Assembly (NCBI GenBank): GCA_951406725.2
Contig: OX597818.1
Coordinates: 61,814,001 to 61,878,000, forward strand
Direction: 5' to 3'
DNA: 64,000 bases
DNA from: Octopus vulgaris
Taxonomy: Eukaryota
In this document: positions 12,364 through 25,214 of the stretch, one piece after another
Numbering within the stretch: position 1 is the stretch's first letter
How the letters are laid out: each line of letters starts with the position of its first letter
Position numbers and translations under genes: made by a program
Notes under the pieces: model-generated
What the model was told of the DNA's origin: nothing
Database searches by the model: none
Seen by the model: only the letters and a program-made list of their open reading frames with translations

Positions 12364-12831
12364 CCCTTTCGTTACTGTATTTCTGTTGAGATGCTCTGGG
12401 TTTCTTTCAATTACTTTTAATGTAACAAAGAATTTAGTAAAGTAACTTAGTTGTCATTCAGCTAGTGTTAGGAACATAAATTGTGACTAAGGTTTGGTGG
12501 AAGATTTAAATTCAAAACTTATGAAACAAGACATTTGTACTACAGAGCTAGGGGCGGTTTCAGCTGGGTTGGTAATGAAAGGGATAAGAATTGTTTCTCT
12601 ATTATATATTTTAACCCTTTCCGTACAATATTTCTGTTGTGATACTCTGTGTTTCTTTCAATTAATTTAAATGTAACAAAGAATTTAGTAAGGTAACTTA
12701 GTTATCATTCAGCTAGTGTTAGGAACATAAATTGTGACTGTTTTGTGGAAAATTTAAATTCAAAACTTATGAAACAAGACATTTGTACTACAGAGCGAGG
12801 GTCAGTTTCAGCCGGGTTGGTAACAAAAGGG
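12364..12831 (+). mobile_element. piggyBac-type MITE C1 dimer
   Basis: Units 12364-12583 and 12615-12831 joined by the linker gaattgtttctctattatatatt; outer TTAA sites. Confidence 0.9.
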
Positions 12832-13293
12832 TTAACACTCATTATAAATATCAACTTATCAATATCCATCCGGAGCTGATAACAAATTTAATAATAATTA
12901 GCTAAATGTTAAATGGTAATTGTCATTTAATGAAATTAAAACCGATGAATAGGTTGTGCCTATGACCTTGATAAATGGTGGAAATTAAACCACACAAAAT
13001 CTGAATGCTGGGAGCAACAAACAGCAAGAAATATTTTTGGCTTCTGGAACTTAAGCTGAGACTAATAATAGTAACAGAAACAATTTCTATTGGAGGCACA
13101 AGGCCAGAAATTTGTGGGGAGGGGCCTAGTCTATTATATAGACTTCTGTATTCAACAGGCACTTATTTCATTGACCCTCAAAGGATGAAAGGCAAAGTTG
13201 ACCTTGGTTGAATTTGAACTCAGAATGTAAAAACACACAAAATACTGCTCAGCATTATATCGAGTGTGTTAATGATTCTGTCTGCTTTCTGCT

Positions 13294-13346
<53 letters not shown>

Positions 13347-13347
13347 T

Positions 13348-13706
13348 ACAAGAGCACTTAGAGAGTGCAAACCTCCACCAAGGCAATACCAACGTCCTCT
13401 TAACAATTAGCCAGAGATGATTTTTAAAAGAATATCTGAAATAAACTTGACTAGTTTCAAAGACAAGACTGATAAAGATGAACCTGACTGCTCTCAAAAA
13501 TTAATTAAAAAAAAACAGAATAATAATTCAGAATTCTAGTCTGGTACCAGATCGATCCTAAAATCTAATCAGTTTGTGCCAGTCACAAGGCCAAACATCC
13601 CTGAAAGTTTTATTTGAGTCCAGCTAGCAGTTCTTGAGATATCTTTGTCCATGGACAAACAAACAAACGTGACTGAAAACAATACCTCTTCCTTTGCTAA
13701 GGAGGA

Positions 13707-13711
<5 letters not shown>
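13348..13711. mobile_element. Non-autonomous Helentron/HINE (DINE-like) element
   Basis: Subterminal acctccaccaagg (13371-83), (AAAC)n near the other end, terminal hairpin acctcttcctt-tgct-aaggaggaggt (13684-13709), set in (AAT)n; truncated second copy at 32992-33042. Confidence 0.65.
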
Positions 13712-13768
<57 letters not shown>

Positions 13769-13769
<1 letters not shown>

Positions 13770-13984
13770 CCTTTCTACTATAGGCACAAGGGCTTGAAAT
13801 TTGGAGGAGGGAACTAGGCTATTACATCGGCACCAGTATTTCACTGGTACTTAATTTATCAACCCTGAAAGGATGAAAGGCAAAGTCAATCTCGGTGGAA
13901 TTTGAACTCAGAACATAACAACAGACAAAATACTGCTAAGCATTTTGCCCCGGCATGCTAACGATTCTGCCAGCTCGCTGCCTT
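13769..13984 (-). mobile_element. SINE family M variant with an alternative tail
   Basis: Same head and core as 5280-5511, but tail ctttctactataggcacaagg; decayed relatives at ~13085-13290, 14030-14225 and 14978-15058. Confidence 0.8.
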
Positions 13985-14018
<34 letters not shown>

Positions 14019-14233
14019 GTAATAATAATTTTGGCACAAGGTTAGAAATTTGTAGAGATGGGGACAAGTCGGTTACATCGACCTCCCAGTGTTTAAGTGG
14101 TACTTATCAACCTCGAAAGGCATAGTTGATCTTGGTGGAATTTGAACTTTGAACTTAATGAGTTGGAAGAAATACATACCTCTAAGCATTTTCATCTGAC
14201 ATGCAAATAATTGTGCCAATCCACCCTCATTAA

Positions 14234-14946
14234 CCCATTCGTTACTGTATTTATTTTGAGATGTTCTGTGTTTCTTTCAATTAATTTTAAACATAACAAT
14301 GAATTTAGTAAAATAACTTAGTTATCATTAAGCTAGTGTTAGGAACATAAATTGTGATAAAGGTTTGGTGGAAGAATTTAATTCAGAACTTATGGAAATA
14401 AGACATTTGTACTACAGAGCCAGAAGCGGTTTCAGTTGGGTTGGTATCAAAAAGGTTAAGAATTGTTTCTCTATTATATATTTTAACCCTATTGTTAGCA
14501 TATTTCTGTTGAGATGCTCTGTGTTTCTTTCAATTAATTTTAAATATAACAATGAATTTAGTAAAATAACTTAGTTATCATTCAGCTACTGTTAGGAACA
14601 TAAATTGTGACTAAGGTTTGGTGGAAGCTTTTAATTCAGAACTTTTGGAAACAAGACATTTCTACTACAGAGCCAGAGGCGGTTTCAGTCAGGTTGGTAT
14701 TGAAAGGGTGAAATTAATCATTTGTTAACCCTTTTGTTACCATATTTCTATCAAAATGCTCTGAGTTTCTTTCAATTTTAAATATAACAAAGAATTTAGT
14801 AAAATAACTTAGTTATCATTCAGCTACTGTTAGGAACATAAATTGCGACTAAGCTTTGGTGGAAGATTTTAATTCAAAACTTATGAAAACAAGGCTTTTA
14901 TACTACAGAACCAGAACCGGTTTCAGTCAGGTTGGTATCAAAAGGG
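14234..14946 (+). mobile_element. piggyBac-type MITE C1 trimer (dimer plus an extra unit)
   Basis: Units 14234-14455, 14487-14708 and 14729-14946; first linker (14460-82) is identical to 12588-12610. Confidence 0.9.
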
Positions 14947-15072
14947 TTAATAACACAAATACTACTGCTAATAAAAATGGTTTCAAATTTTGGCACAAAA
15001 CCAGTGATTTTAGAAGGAGGTGAGTAAGTCAATTACATTGACCCCAATGTTCAACTGAATAATAATAATAAC

Positions 15073-15132
<60 letters not shown>

Positions 15133-16377
15133 CAATATGTTCTAGCAGATCTAAGAAAGACATTCTGAAAATAGGGTTATTGTGGATGAGATCCAGTATC
15201 CATTTAATTCAAGGGTATCAGAGAATAAAAGAAACTGAATATAAAGAAACTAATTCTATTTGAAGAACTCCCAGTCAAACGACTTAAGTTTCACCATTCC
15301 TTTCCCAAATATGGTCCCTTGAGAATATCTCTATATTTCTAAAACATGATATGCTAGAGGGAATTGTAGCCTGAGCACAAATTTATAATGAAATATAACT
15401 TGGGGGAAACCGGAGATTTTGAAACGGCAGAAGACATAAAAGAAATGTCAGATGGCTAGAATATAGAATGGAAGCGAACTCATGTAAATAGTAATTCTTT
15501 AATAATGCTAGTTGAAAGATTACCACCAATTTACTCAGCTCCATTCAAAGCAGTTTGTGTAATTCTGTATTTCATCTTAATACACCAGTGATAATTATGA
15601 AAATGAAAGGGAGGATCCACTGACGATCTTAATGATTAGCATTCGGTTGTTCAATTAACTGAATTCCTACTAATGAAGATAGCATGTAAGATGCCAAATA
15701 GTCAATAGGCATATGTACCCTTAATGAAATTGTCAGGTTGAGCTAGTGTGACACAATGTGACATGGCTAAACCTTTGAAGAAGAGAGAGAAAGAGAGACA
15801 GAGTGAGGGAGAGAGAGATTAACAGACAGAGAAAAAGAGAGGAAGTAGAAAGGGCGAGTGAGAGAGAGAGAGAGAGAGAAAGAGACAGTCCAACAGACAG
15901 AGAGAGAGAGAAAGAGGGCTAGAGAAGAGTTGGTGCTAATATGTGATTGGTACTTTAGTAATACTGAAAGAATGCTAGGTAAAGTCGACATCAGTAGGAT
16001 CTGAACTTTCATAGACAAAGGGTAAGAATGAAGACTGTTGTGTTTTCTATCCAAGTCTCTAATAATTCCCCCAACTTGCCACCTTAGATATAAAGTGTAA
16101 TGAATCGGAAAAAGTTCTGCTTGAATTCAATAAATGTGTTAACAAAAAAAAAAAGAAAAAAAACTCAAAAAATCCCTGTCGATTCCTCCGTGGTGTTGTT
16201 TTGCATTTGTAATAAAACAAATATATACAAATTATAAAAATAATTAAAAAAATATACAGTACAATACTGTTTCTACATCATGGATTTTCAGCTATTGTGG
16301 GTGGGGGGCAGGGTTGGAACGTAACACCTACGATAGTCAAGGAATTACTGTATACATGATGTTTATATCAGTGTGTG

Positions 16378-16738
16378 TCTTAGTGGTCAGGGCAATCAAC
16401 TCAGGATTGTAAGGTCGTGAGTTCAATTCCTGGTGACATGCTGTGCATGAAGGCACATGGCTTAGTGGTCAGGGCATTCAACTCACGATTGTAAGGCCAT
16501 GAGTTCAATTCCCAGTGACACGTGTCCTTGAGCAAGACACTTTATTTCATGTTGTAGTACCTGTATTTCAAAACATTATCGGCCTTATCACACTCTGTGT
16601 CAAGCTGAATCCCTGAGAACTATGTTAAGGGTACACGTGACTGTGGAGTGCTCAGCCACTTGCATGGTAATTTCACAAGCAAGCTGTTCCATTGATCGTA
16701 TCATCTGGGACCCTCATCATCACAACCAACAGAGTTCT
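16378..16738 (+). mobile_element. SINE D2 (duplicated tRNA-like head 2 + CORE-like segment + tail X)
   Basis: cttagtggtcagggca...gagttcaattcc occurs twice (~16379-16438 and 16461-16520); gtgtccttgagcaagacacttt; tail as in 10130-10301. Confidence 0.75.
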
Positions 16739-17479
16739 GCTTATATCAGTGTGACGAAGAAACTGTTGAAGTTGAACAGACATACTCTACAATGTGTATG
16801 CACAGTTGAATTATCTCCCCTTACGCCACTGCTCTATTTGCATTTCATATTTTACAAGAACTATAAAGCAAGGACCAGACAAAATTCTACGATCAATATA
16901 AATGGCTAGAATCCTTGAAGGTGGTGCCCTAGTGGCTGAAGTCCAAGACAGCGGGTGTCCTTTATTTTGAATATTTTAACACAAGGATGCACATTCGAAG
17001 ACCAATCACCTCCTGAATTGAAAATGGGAAATAAAATGCAAATTTTAATGTTTTGAACCCGCAATGGAAGCGTTGTGATGTGTTATGAAAAACGAAGAAT
17101 CCAGGGTGATCTGATTAAGATGCCGGCATGAATATTGACACAATGAAAGGACGAGCATATACAGTTTGAAAAAGATGTTATGCAGTGAAAGGAATTTCGA
17201 AGGTACCTGCATTGAATACATGAGAATTTGTTAGAAATTGAATTTGGAGAAGGAAAAAAAAAATATGAAAAAGAAAAAGAATATAAAAAAGTAATGCCAT
17301 AAATTTCAAAATATTTAAATAATTATAATACTATTTTCTTAGGGATTTGAATTTTTCAACAGCATGATTCATTTTTAATTCCAATGTTTATAGAATCAAA
17401 TGTTTTTATAATATGAATTTTATTCGTTAAAATATCTAAATTAAATTTTTGTTTGTTTGAGTGTTATTATTAAATATTG

Positions 17480-17511
<32 letters not shown>

Positions 17512-17839
17512 TGTTTTATTATTATTATTATTATTTTAAATTTTCTTCTTTGCCCTTAATAATTTATTCCAGAATCATGAATGGAATTATTCTACCTTGA
17601 AAATAAGTTCCTTATCAATTGTTTACTTTTTGTTTTTTTTTATTATTTATTTTGATTTTAATAAAAGAGACTTTTAAAGTTGTTCAAACAGGAGAGAGAG
17701 GAGACACTATAAAGAAACCAGTTGTTCAAAGTTAGGAGATGGAAGTTAATTTCAAACCAAACCAAAGATTTTCTAAAGCTTGAAAAGGAATCGCTGATTA
17801 GCGAATAAACATTAATCTTGTTCTTTTTAAACAAACTTG

Positions 17840-18048
17840 CATGCACACACACACAGATACACACACGTTCATATATGTTACATACACACACACACACACA
17901 TGTTCATATATCTTACACACACAGACACACACATGTTCATATATCTTACATACACACACACACACACACGTTCATATATCTTACACACACACACTCATAT
18001 GTTCATACATCTTACATATACACACACACTCATTTGTTCATATATCTT

Positions 18049-18102
<54 letters not shown>

Positions 18103-18161
18103 AATATATATATATATATATATACATACACATACAATATATATATATACACACACATACA

Positions 18162-18192
<31 letters not shown>

Positions 18193-18280
18193 TATACATA
18201 CATACACATACAATATATATATATATATATATGTACACACAAACACACACACATATTTACACATGCATACGCACACACGC
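17840..18280. repeat. (CA)n/(TA)n microsatellite with an embedded gttcatatatctt(ac)n minisatellite
   Basis: Unit recurs about 6 times over 17865-18060. Confidence 0.9.
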
Positions 18281-19936
18281 ATAAGATTGTTGTCTCTCAT
18301 TGTCTCTTCTCTATCGTCTGTTCATCTCTTGTTTCCTACTTAATCTTTGAGATGAGCAGTTGAAGGTTTCACAAGAATTGGTTAATGTTTCAACACAAGG
18401 AATGCAGCATTACTGTTCTGATCAAATTCAAATTTCAGAAATTAGAAGAGAAAATCTTTTTGAAAAGTTCAAAGAGACATTTTTTTTTTCTTTTTGTCTT
18501 TTTAAAAAAAAAAATTCATTTAGTTTATTAATGTCGATAATTAGAGTCATAGGTACGAGTTTTAACGAGGGAGAAGATTGGGAAGAATATTAAAGAATGT
18601 AACAGTGTTCTCAAAGTATAACAACAAAATGATGGGTCCTCCATCAGTTTCTATGATGAGCATTCAGTCGGTTAAACAACAAGTGGTTGAGTACTACACA
18701 GAACTGGGTACCATTAAAAGTAATTCTCAGATAGAGCCAGTATGATATGATGTTACAAGATTGGACCAATTGAATTACTGGTACAATTTATTTGGTGGGC
18801 TTCCACACAGTTTCCACCAATGTAATTTCACCTCCAATGCTTTGTCTGATCCAATGCTATAGTTAAAGACTTGACCAAGATGTCAAACCTTGAGATTGAA
18901 CCCAAATCCTCACAGTTGGAAGTATATTACTTAACCAGTCAGCCATGCTTTGCATTCATGGAAAAACACAATAAGTAAACAAAAACAATCTAAACCTACA
19001 ATTAGTTTCTTAATTTCTTTTATATATTTGTCTGTATTTTTATTTATATCTTTGATTCAGAAGAACTTTCTTCCAAAAGAGACACTTTTTAAAAACGTTG
19101 GCATCTGGATAAGGTGCCAATTAAAGTAGAGACTGATGTTGGTGTTAATTAGATAGAAATCAAAGACAGGATATACAAGTGTTAATTTATTTAAAACTAC
19201 CGTATCACAATAGTACTTTTGAGAGATGTGCATCCTAAGTGAAACCAGATTTTCAAAGCCAAAACCAAAACCTGAAGAATTCTTAACTTGCAAGATATAA
19301 AGAATATATAAGTATACGAAAATGTATGCAATTAAGTGAAAGAAATTCTGTAGTATAAAGTTTAGTGGGATAAAAAAAATATTTCGAGTTGAGATTTTCT
19401 TGTTTGGCAAACGGAAATGGAGAGCTAAGTAGTGATTTGTGAGGATTCACATCTAAAAATTTAACTTCCTAATATATGTATCAGTTAGCATTCACTTTTC
19501 CATGCTTGCCTGAGTCTACTGGAATTATTGAGGCAGATATTCTGCAGATGGTTGTCCTTCCTGCTGCCAGTCCTCCCCTGTTACTCTCCCTATAGCCAGA
19601 ATTTCAACCAAACAGCTCTGCTCGCATGAAACACTCGTTTACAATTACCATGCAATATCAAGACAAGGGTACATACAAACACAGTCGTATACTCGTGCAC
19701 ATGTATATATAAATGCATACACATGGTAGGTTTCCTTCTGTCTACCATATCCATTCACAAGACTTTGGTTGGCCTGAAGCTCTAGTAGAAGATGCTTGCG
19801 TAAGGTACTGCGCAGTGTGGCTGACCCCAAAACCACATGACTGCAAAATGAGCTTTTTCACCAAACACCCACATCACATATGTGTGTGTGTGTGTGTGTC
19901 TGACTGGCTGGCTATATATATACACATACACATGCA

Positions 19937-20354
19937 AAGGTGGCGAGCTGGCAGACACGTTAGCATGCCAGGCAAAATGTTTAGTAGTATTTCGTCTGCC
20001 TTTACGTTCTGGGTTCAAATTCCGCCGAGGTCGACTTTGCCTTTCATCCTTTCAGGGTTGATTAAATAAGTACCAGTTACACACTGGGGTCGATATAATC
20101 GCCTTAATCCGTTTGTCTGTCCTTGTTTGTCCTCTCTGTGTTTAGCCCCCTGTGGGTAATGAAGGAATGGGTATTTCGTCTGCTGCTACGTTCTGAGTTC
20201 AAATTCTGCCGAGGTCGACTTTGCCTTTCATCCTTTCAGGGTTGATAAATTAAGTACCAGTTACGCACTGAGGTCGATGTATTCGACTTAATCCATTTGT
20301 CTGTACTTGTTTGTCCTCTCTGTGTTTAGCCCCTTGTGGGTGGTAAAGAAATAA
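19937..20354 (+). mobile_element. SINE family M tandem dimer inserted at the head end of a decayed family A copy
   Basis: Full unit 19937-20171 plus a 5'-truncated unit restarting at gtatttcgtctg; flanked by direct repeats 19805-19936 and 20355-20476. Confidence 0.9.
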
Positions 20355-22188
20355 GTACTGCGCAGTGTGGCTGACCCCAAAACCACATGATTACAAAATG
20401 AGCTTTTTCACCAAACAACCACATTACATATGTGTGTGTGTGTGTGTCTGGCTATATATATACATACACACATGCAGAAACACACATGTACCCCCTTCCC
20501 TCCTCTCATTTTCTATTCAGTCTTTTTACAACTTAACTTCATTTCATGGCGTCTTCTTTCCTTAGACTGATCTGATGTTAGAATCAAATGCGAAATCTTT
20601 CACAATCTCCAAATACTTCCTGTAGCATATTTTCAGGGTTGAATTTTTACACTTTTTTTTTTTTTTTTGTTGAATTAATCGACAAATTTACTCACTGAAA
20701 TATTTTTATGGAGCAAGTATTTGTTATTTTTTTCTTATATCTTTTCCTATTAAAAACCGGATTTTGATTGGTTAAGAAGTTGACACTTCTCCCATAGCAT
20801 TTTCTGTCTATTCACACAAGAGTAAAAGAGAAATAGAATAAAAAGACAATAGAAAGACAAAAGGTCTGTTATTCTATGAAGCCTCCAGGGAACAAACATA
20901 TGTTATTGCAAGAAATGTGGCAAAAGGGAATCTACAGATATTGTCTCTGAGATGAGAATTGAAAATATTTATTATTCATATTTCTAACATTGACACAAGG
21001 TAATAAAAAGTTGGGGAGAGCTTATAGTCAATTTAATCAACTTTTAACAGTTGTCTGGCTTCTGTTTTAGTAGATTTAGTGGGATGGAAGACAAATTTGA
21101 TTGAATTTACAGAACATAGAAAATTTGACTGAAAGCCAATCAAACCTCTACATTACCCTAAAAGGATTTCTAACTTTGGCACAAAACCACTTTATTGAGA
21201 AAACCACTGGACACAAACCTTGCGCTAGTGACATGAAATGGGCAAAGAAGAGACTAAAACTGCAATGAGTGATTTTGGCTTTTTTTTTTGTTTAATGTTT
21301 CACTCCAAAGGAAATCAGACTGCAGAATTCAATGTATCCAGCTAAAGCTGATAAGTAAAGTTCAATACTAGGGCATCTGTTCATCTATACCCTCCTCTGT
21401 TGATAGAAGTATACTCGCAGATCATATTGATAACAGCAACAACACTCTTATATAATCAATCAAAGTCTTCCCTACCCGGTTGTTTAGTTTATTGACCCTA
21501 TAGAGATCAAAATGCAAAATGCTGGACTTACTGAAATTTGAACATGTAACTAAGGGAATTCTGTCTTGTATTATCTGCTCAAGGACATCTATATAGCTTT
21601 TGATATTTGTTGATTTTAATTTTGCATCGTTTATGGTGTCCGCAGAAGAGGAATGGCAATACCCAGAATCTTTGGTTAGATCTCAAAGACTGGTGTGTGC
21701 TGGTGGTGGTGGTGGTGGTGCAACAGCAGCAGCACCACCAGCACCACCACCACCATCACCACCATCACCACCATCATCATCTCACCCTCAGAACATAACT
21801 GAATACCTGCAACAAAGTCTTCCCTAAAAAGTACATTCAGGGATTGGTACTTCAACAGCCAAAGGCTAGAATGTTGACCCTGAAAGGATTTCAGCTTTGA
21901 ACGGAAACAGCCGTAAAAAATACAACAAGGCCATGTAGCCATCTCTTGCCTGCACATCTCTGCCAAGTCAGGATCGGTCTAATCTGATAAGTCTGGATTT
22001 TGAATCTCTTCTCTGTATTTTATCTTCATGATCAAAGAATTTGATTTTACGTGCTTCAGCTCACCTAATTGTTGAAGGAGGCACAAGATCACCTGGGAAT
22101 ATTATTTATCTTGTCTTATCTATGGAGAAGTTCCCATCTCACCTGCTTTAAGAAATTAGATGAAAGTAATGAATTTTAAGAAACATAT

Positions 22189-22353
22189 AGGCTTAGGAGT
22201 GGCTGTGTGGTATTTAGCATGCTTATGAACCACATCGTTCCAGGTTCAGTCCCACTGTGTGGAACCTTGAGCAAGTGTCTTCCACTATAGCCTTAGGCCA
22301 ACCAAAGCCTTGTAAGTGGATTTGGTAGATGGAAACTGAAAGAAGCCTGTCGT
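22189..22353 (+). mobile_element. SINE family A 5' half
   Basis: Matches 44091-44255; an opposite-strand decayed copy lies at ~22600-22815. Confidence 0.8.
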
Positions 22354-24428
22354 ATATATATTTATCTATCTATCTATATATATATATATATATATGAGAG
22401 AGAAAGAGATTAATCATTATCATCATTTTAACACCTACTTTTCCACGTTTCAGAATTCAAGGCATATTTTTCGCTGCTAGCTGCCCCTTTTGTTGCCAAC
22501 TGTCACCTGTTTCCAAGCAAGGTACTTTTTACCTCTGGCCAGATATGTTTTAGCAGAAGTCTGGAGGCAAACAATACCACTTGTGTGGTCGTGATATTCA
22601 TTTACGACTATTAGGCAAAAATGAAACAATAAGAGACAGAAACACACACACACACACACACACGATGGACCTCTTTCGGTTTTCTCCCACGAAATCCTCT
22701 CACAGATTTTTGCTGGCACTGAGGTTATAGAAAACACTTGTCCAAGGTGCCATGCAGAGGAACTGAGCCTCAAGCCATGTAGTTGAGAAGCAAACTTCTT
22801 TACCAGGCAGCCATAGTTTAATGGTACTGTTATGATCCTTCTCACTCAAAAAAAAAAAAAAGAAAAAAATATAGATATTTGCATACAAGATAAAATTCTT
22901 CAAACACACAGACACACACACACACAGCATATTGTCCATAATTTTATGTATAGTTTAAAAAAAAGTTTTGGAATGCCTGGCCATTTCTTTGCAAATTATT
23001 AGAGATTTAAAAAAAAAAAATGAATTCATTACTTTAAACATTTTTTTTTCTAAAGCCATGTTTTTGTCTAAAATTACGAATTAATTAATTAATTAATTAA
23101 TTAATCTGTGATAGAAGTGATTTTGGTGAGTTGCAAAATAATTTTCTTCAAACAATTTTGTCTTTTTTTTTTGTGTGTGTGTGTGTGCGGGGGGGGGGGG
23201 ACTTTTATTCATAACATTAAATATTGATGAAAATTATCAAATGCTACAATATCAACAACATTTTAGTTGGCGGCCGAAAATCTGCTTTAAAACCTTGGGG
23301 AAAATTTAAATATTTTGCTGTGAATGAGCTCCTTTAATGTAACACTTGATAGCTGTTTTGGTTATTGATTAACCCCTATCTGTGCCCATCCCAGCTTTTG
23401 GCCCCAGACACAGCAACGCATTGCTTTTGATTGGTTCCACTTAGTCAGCAAACATCTTAGATTTTGCACAGACCCAGCACTGTAATTCCATTGGTTTGTT
23501 TCTGTATGTCAGAGATCATCCAGTCTTTTTTCCCAGATTCAGCAAAGTACCAATATTATCTAATATGTTCTTTTTTAGTTTTTTTCTTCTTATGACTGCA
23601 GTATGTGATTTGAGAAAAATTTGGCTGTTATTTTTAGCAAGTAGTGTGACTGCATAGAAGTTCCTTGGTTTCTCTGTTCACTAAGAAGATGTTGACATGT
23701 TACTCATGGGTAGCTTAAATTTATTCAAATTGCTGCAAATGCAATTTTACAAAATAGAAATTAAAAGAATGGCTCTACAAAAGCATCACCGTTTGAATAT
23801 TTAATTCTTCCCTGAATAATTCTTGTAATTTAAAGAAGAAACAGTAAAAGAATAAAGTAAATTCTTATAACCGTGTAAGAATTCAAATTTAGTCACTGAA
23901 CAGCAAAGCATTTGGAGAAATGCCACTTGAGGAGAAGTCCTCCATCACTAAGCAGCAGGTAGCAATGATCTTCAACGAAAATGGTTTACGCAAATCCTAT
24001 ACATGTCAAACCATAAAAGAATTCACATAAAACCAGATTCTGCTATTCACCAATTTCTCCCTATTCAAACTTCATTGGATGTGAAATAAAATTGAATGAA
24101 TAGCTTCCACATAAATGCAAAGGAAAAGTACGAAATTCCATTGTTCTTACTCTCCTGCTTTAAACAAGACTCTCCATACTGCCTTAACTTCGAATTAGTA
24201 ATGAACGCTTTCCAATGACAATTCGGTAACAATGGCATTATTGTGAGGAAGCTGAGTTAATTGGCCGTATCTACCCTATGTCACTTTGAAACAATAGTCG
24301 AAAACTTTTGGGAATCAATCAGTCAGGTGTTGTGGGAATAAAAAAAAACAAATTTTCAACACAGTAAATATTACATTATTTACTTTATTTACATTTGATG
24401 GATATTTGTCCTCATTTTGTTTGTTGTT

Positions 24429-24474
24429 AACACAACGTTTCAACTGATATACACTCCAGCTTTCATCAGGTGTC
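24429..24474 (-). ncRNA. Minimal type-I hammerhead ribozyme-like motif
   Basis: GACAC-CUGAUGA-A-AGCUGG(loop)UCAGUU-GAAA-CG-UU-GUGUU: canonical core, stems I and II pair, palindromic AACGUU in place of stem III. Confidence 0.65.
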
Positions 24475-24661
24475 TTCGGGAAATTTCGAACCTGGGTTCT
24501 CATTCCTAAGGTATTTTTTGATATTATTATTATTATTATTATCATTATTATTATTATTATTATTATTCAGGTCACTGCTTAGAATTGAACTCGGAATCTT
24601 GGGATTAGTAGCCCATGCTCTTAACCACTACACCATATGCCCACAGGCATATGGCATAGTG

Positions 24662-24738
<77 letters not shown>

Positions 24739-24796
24739 CAACAACAACCTCAAAAAATACCTTAGGAATGAGAACCCAGGTTCGAAATTTCCCCAA

Positions 24797-24842
24797 GTCT
24801 CCTGATGAAGGCTGGCGGGTATATCAGCTGAAACTTTGTGTG
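24797..24842 (+). ncRNA. Mutated mirror copy of the hammerhead motif
   Basis: CUGAUGA (24802-08), stem II GGCUGG/UCAGCU, GAAA (24830-33); stem I and the CG dinucleotide are mutated. Confidence 0.45.
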
Positions 24843-25214
24843 AACAACAAACAAGATGAGGAGAAATATCCATCAAATGTAAATAATGCACATAATTCCT
24901 CATCTCTTAAATATACAACTGTATTAGTTAATTATTAGTTTTGTAGAAACATTCACTCATTTTTTTTTTCATGCATGCATGGAACTGGGTGGAGAATTAT
25001 CCAAGGCTGGATCCTACATTTGGATGCCTTTCCAGTTGCTAATGCTTACCTGGAATGTCTAAAAGTCTTTGAAAGAACTGAGAGACCATTCACAGCCTCA
25101 ACATCATCACGACTTCACTCAGTTAGAGATGGAGAGGGTGTATCAACATTCAAGCACGTTCACATTAGTTTGTCTGTTGTTGTTGATGATAACTAAGGAC
25201 AACAAATGGGAGAA

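Larger units (their letters stand above)
24375..24922. mobile_element. Palindromic head-to-head element: tRNA-like head + (AAT)n + hammerhead-bearing Penelope-like tail
   Basis: Arms ~24375-24521 and 24750-24896 are inverted repeats; (ATT)n and (AAT)n are mirrored; central 21-bp inverted repeat at 24621-41 / 24646-66; A box tggtgtagtggt and B box gagttcaattc on the minus strand. Confidence 0.8.

Noticed and set aside
23700-23715. Exact 16-bp match ttactcatgggtagct with 48881-48896
   Set aside because: About one such match is expected by chance in 64 kb, and the flanks do not extend it.
24568-24641. Functional tRNA gene (also SINE heads at 9929, 16461, 30074 and 44091)
   Set aside because: A/B boxes are present but there is no complete cloverleaf or acceptor stem; these are SINE heads.
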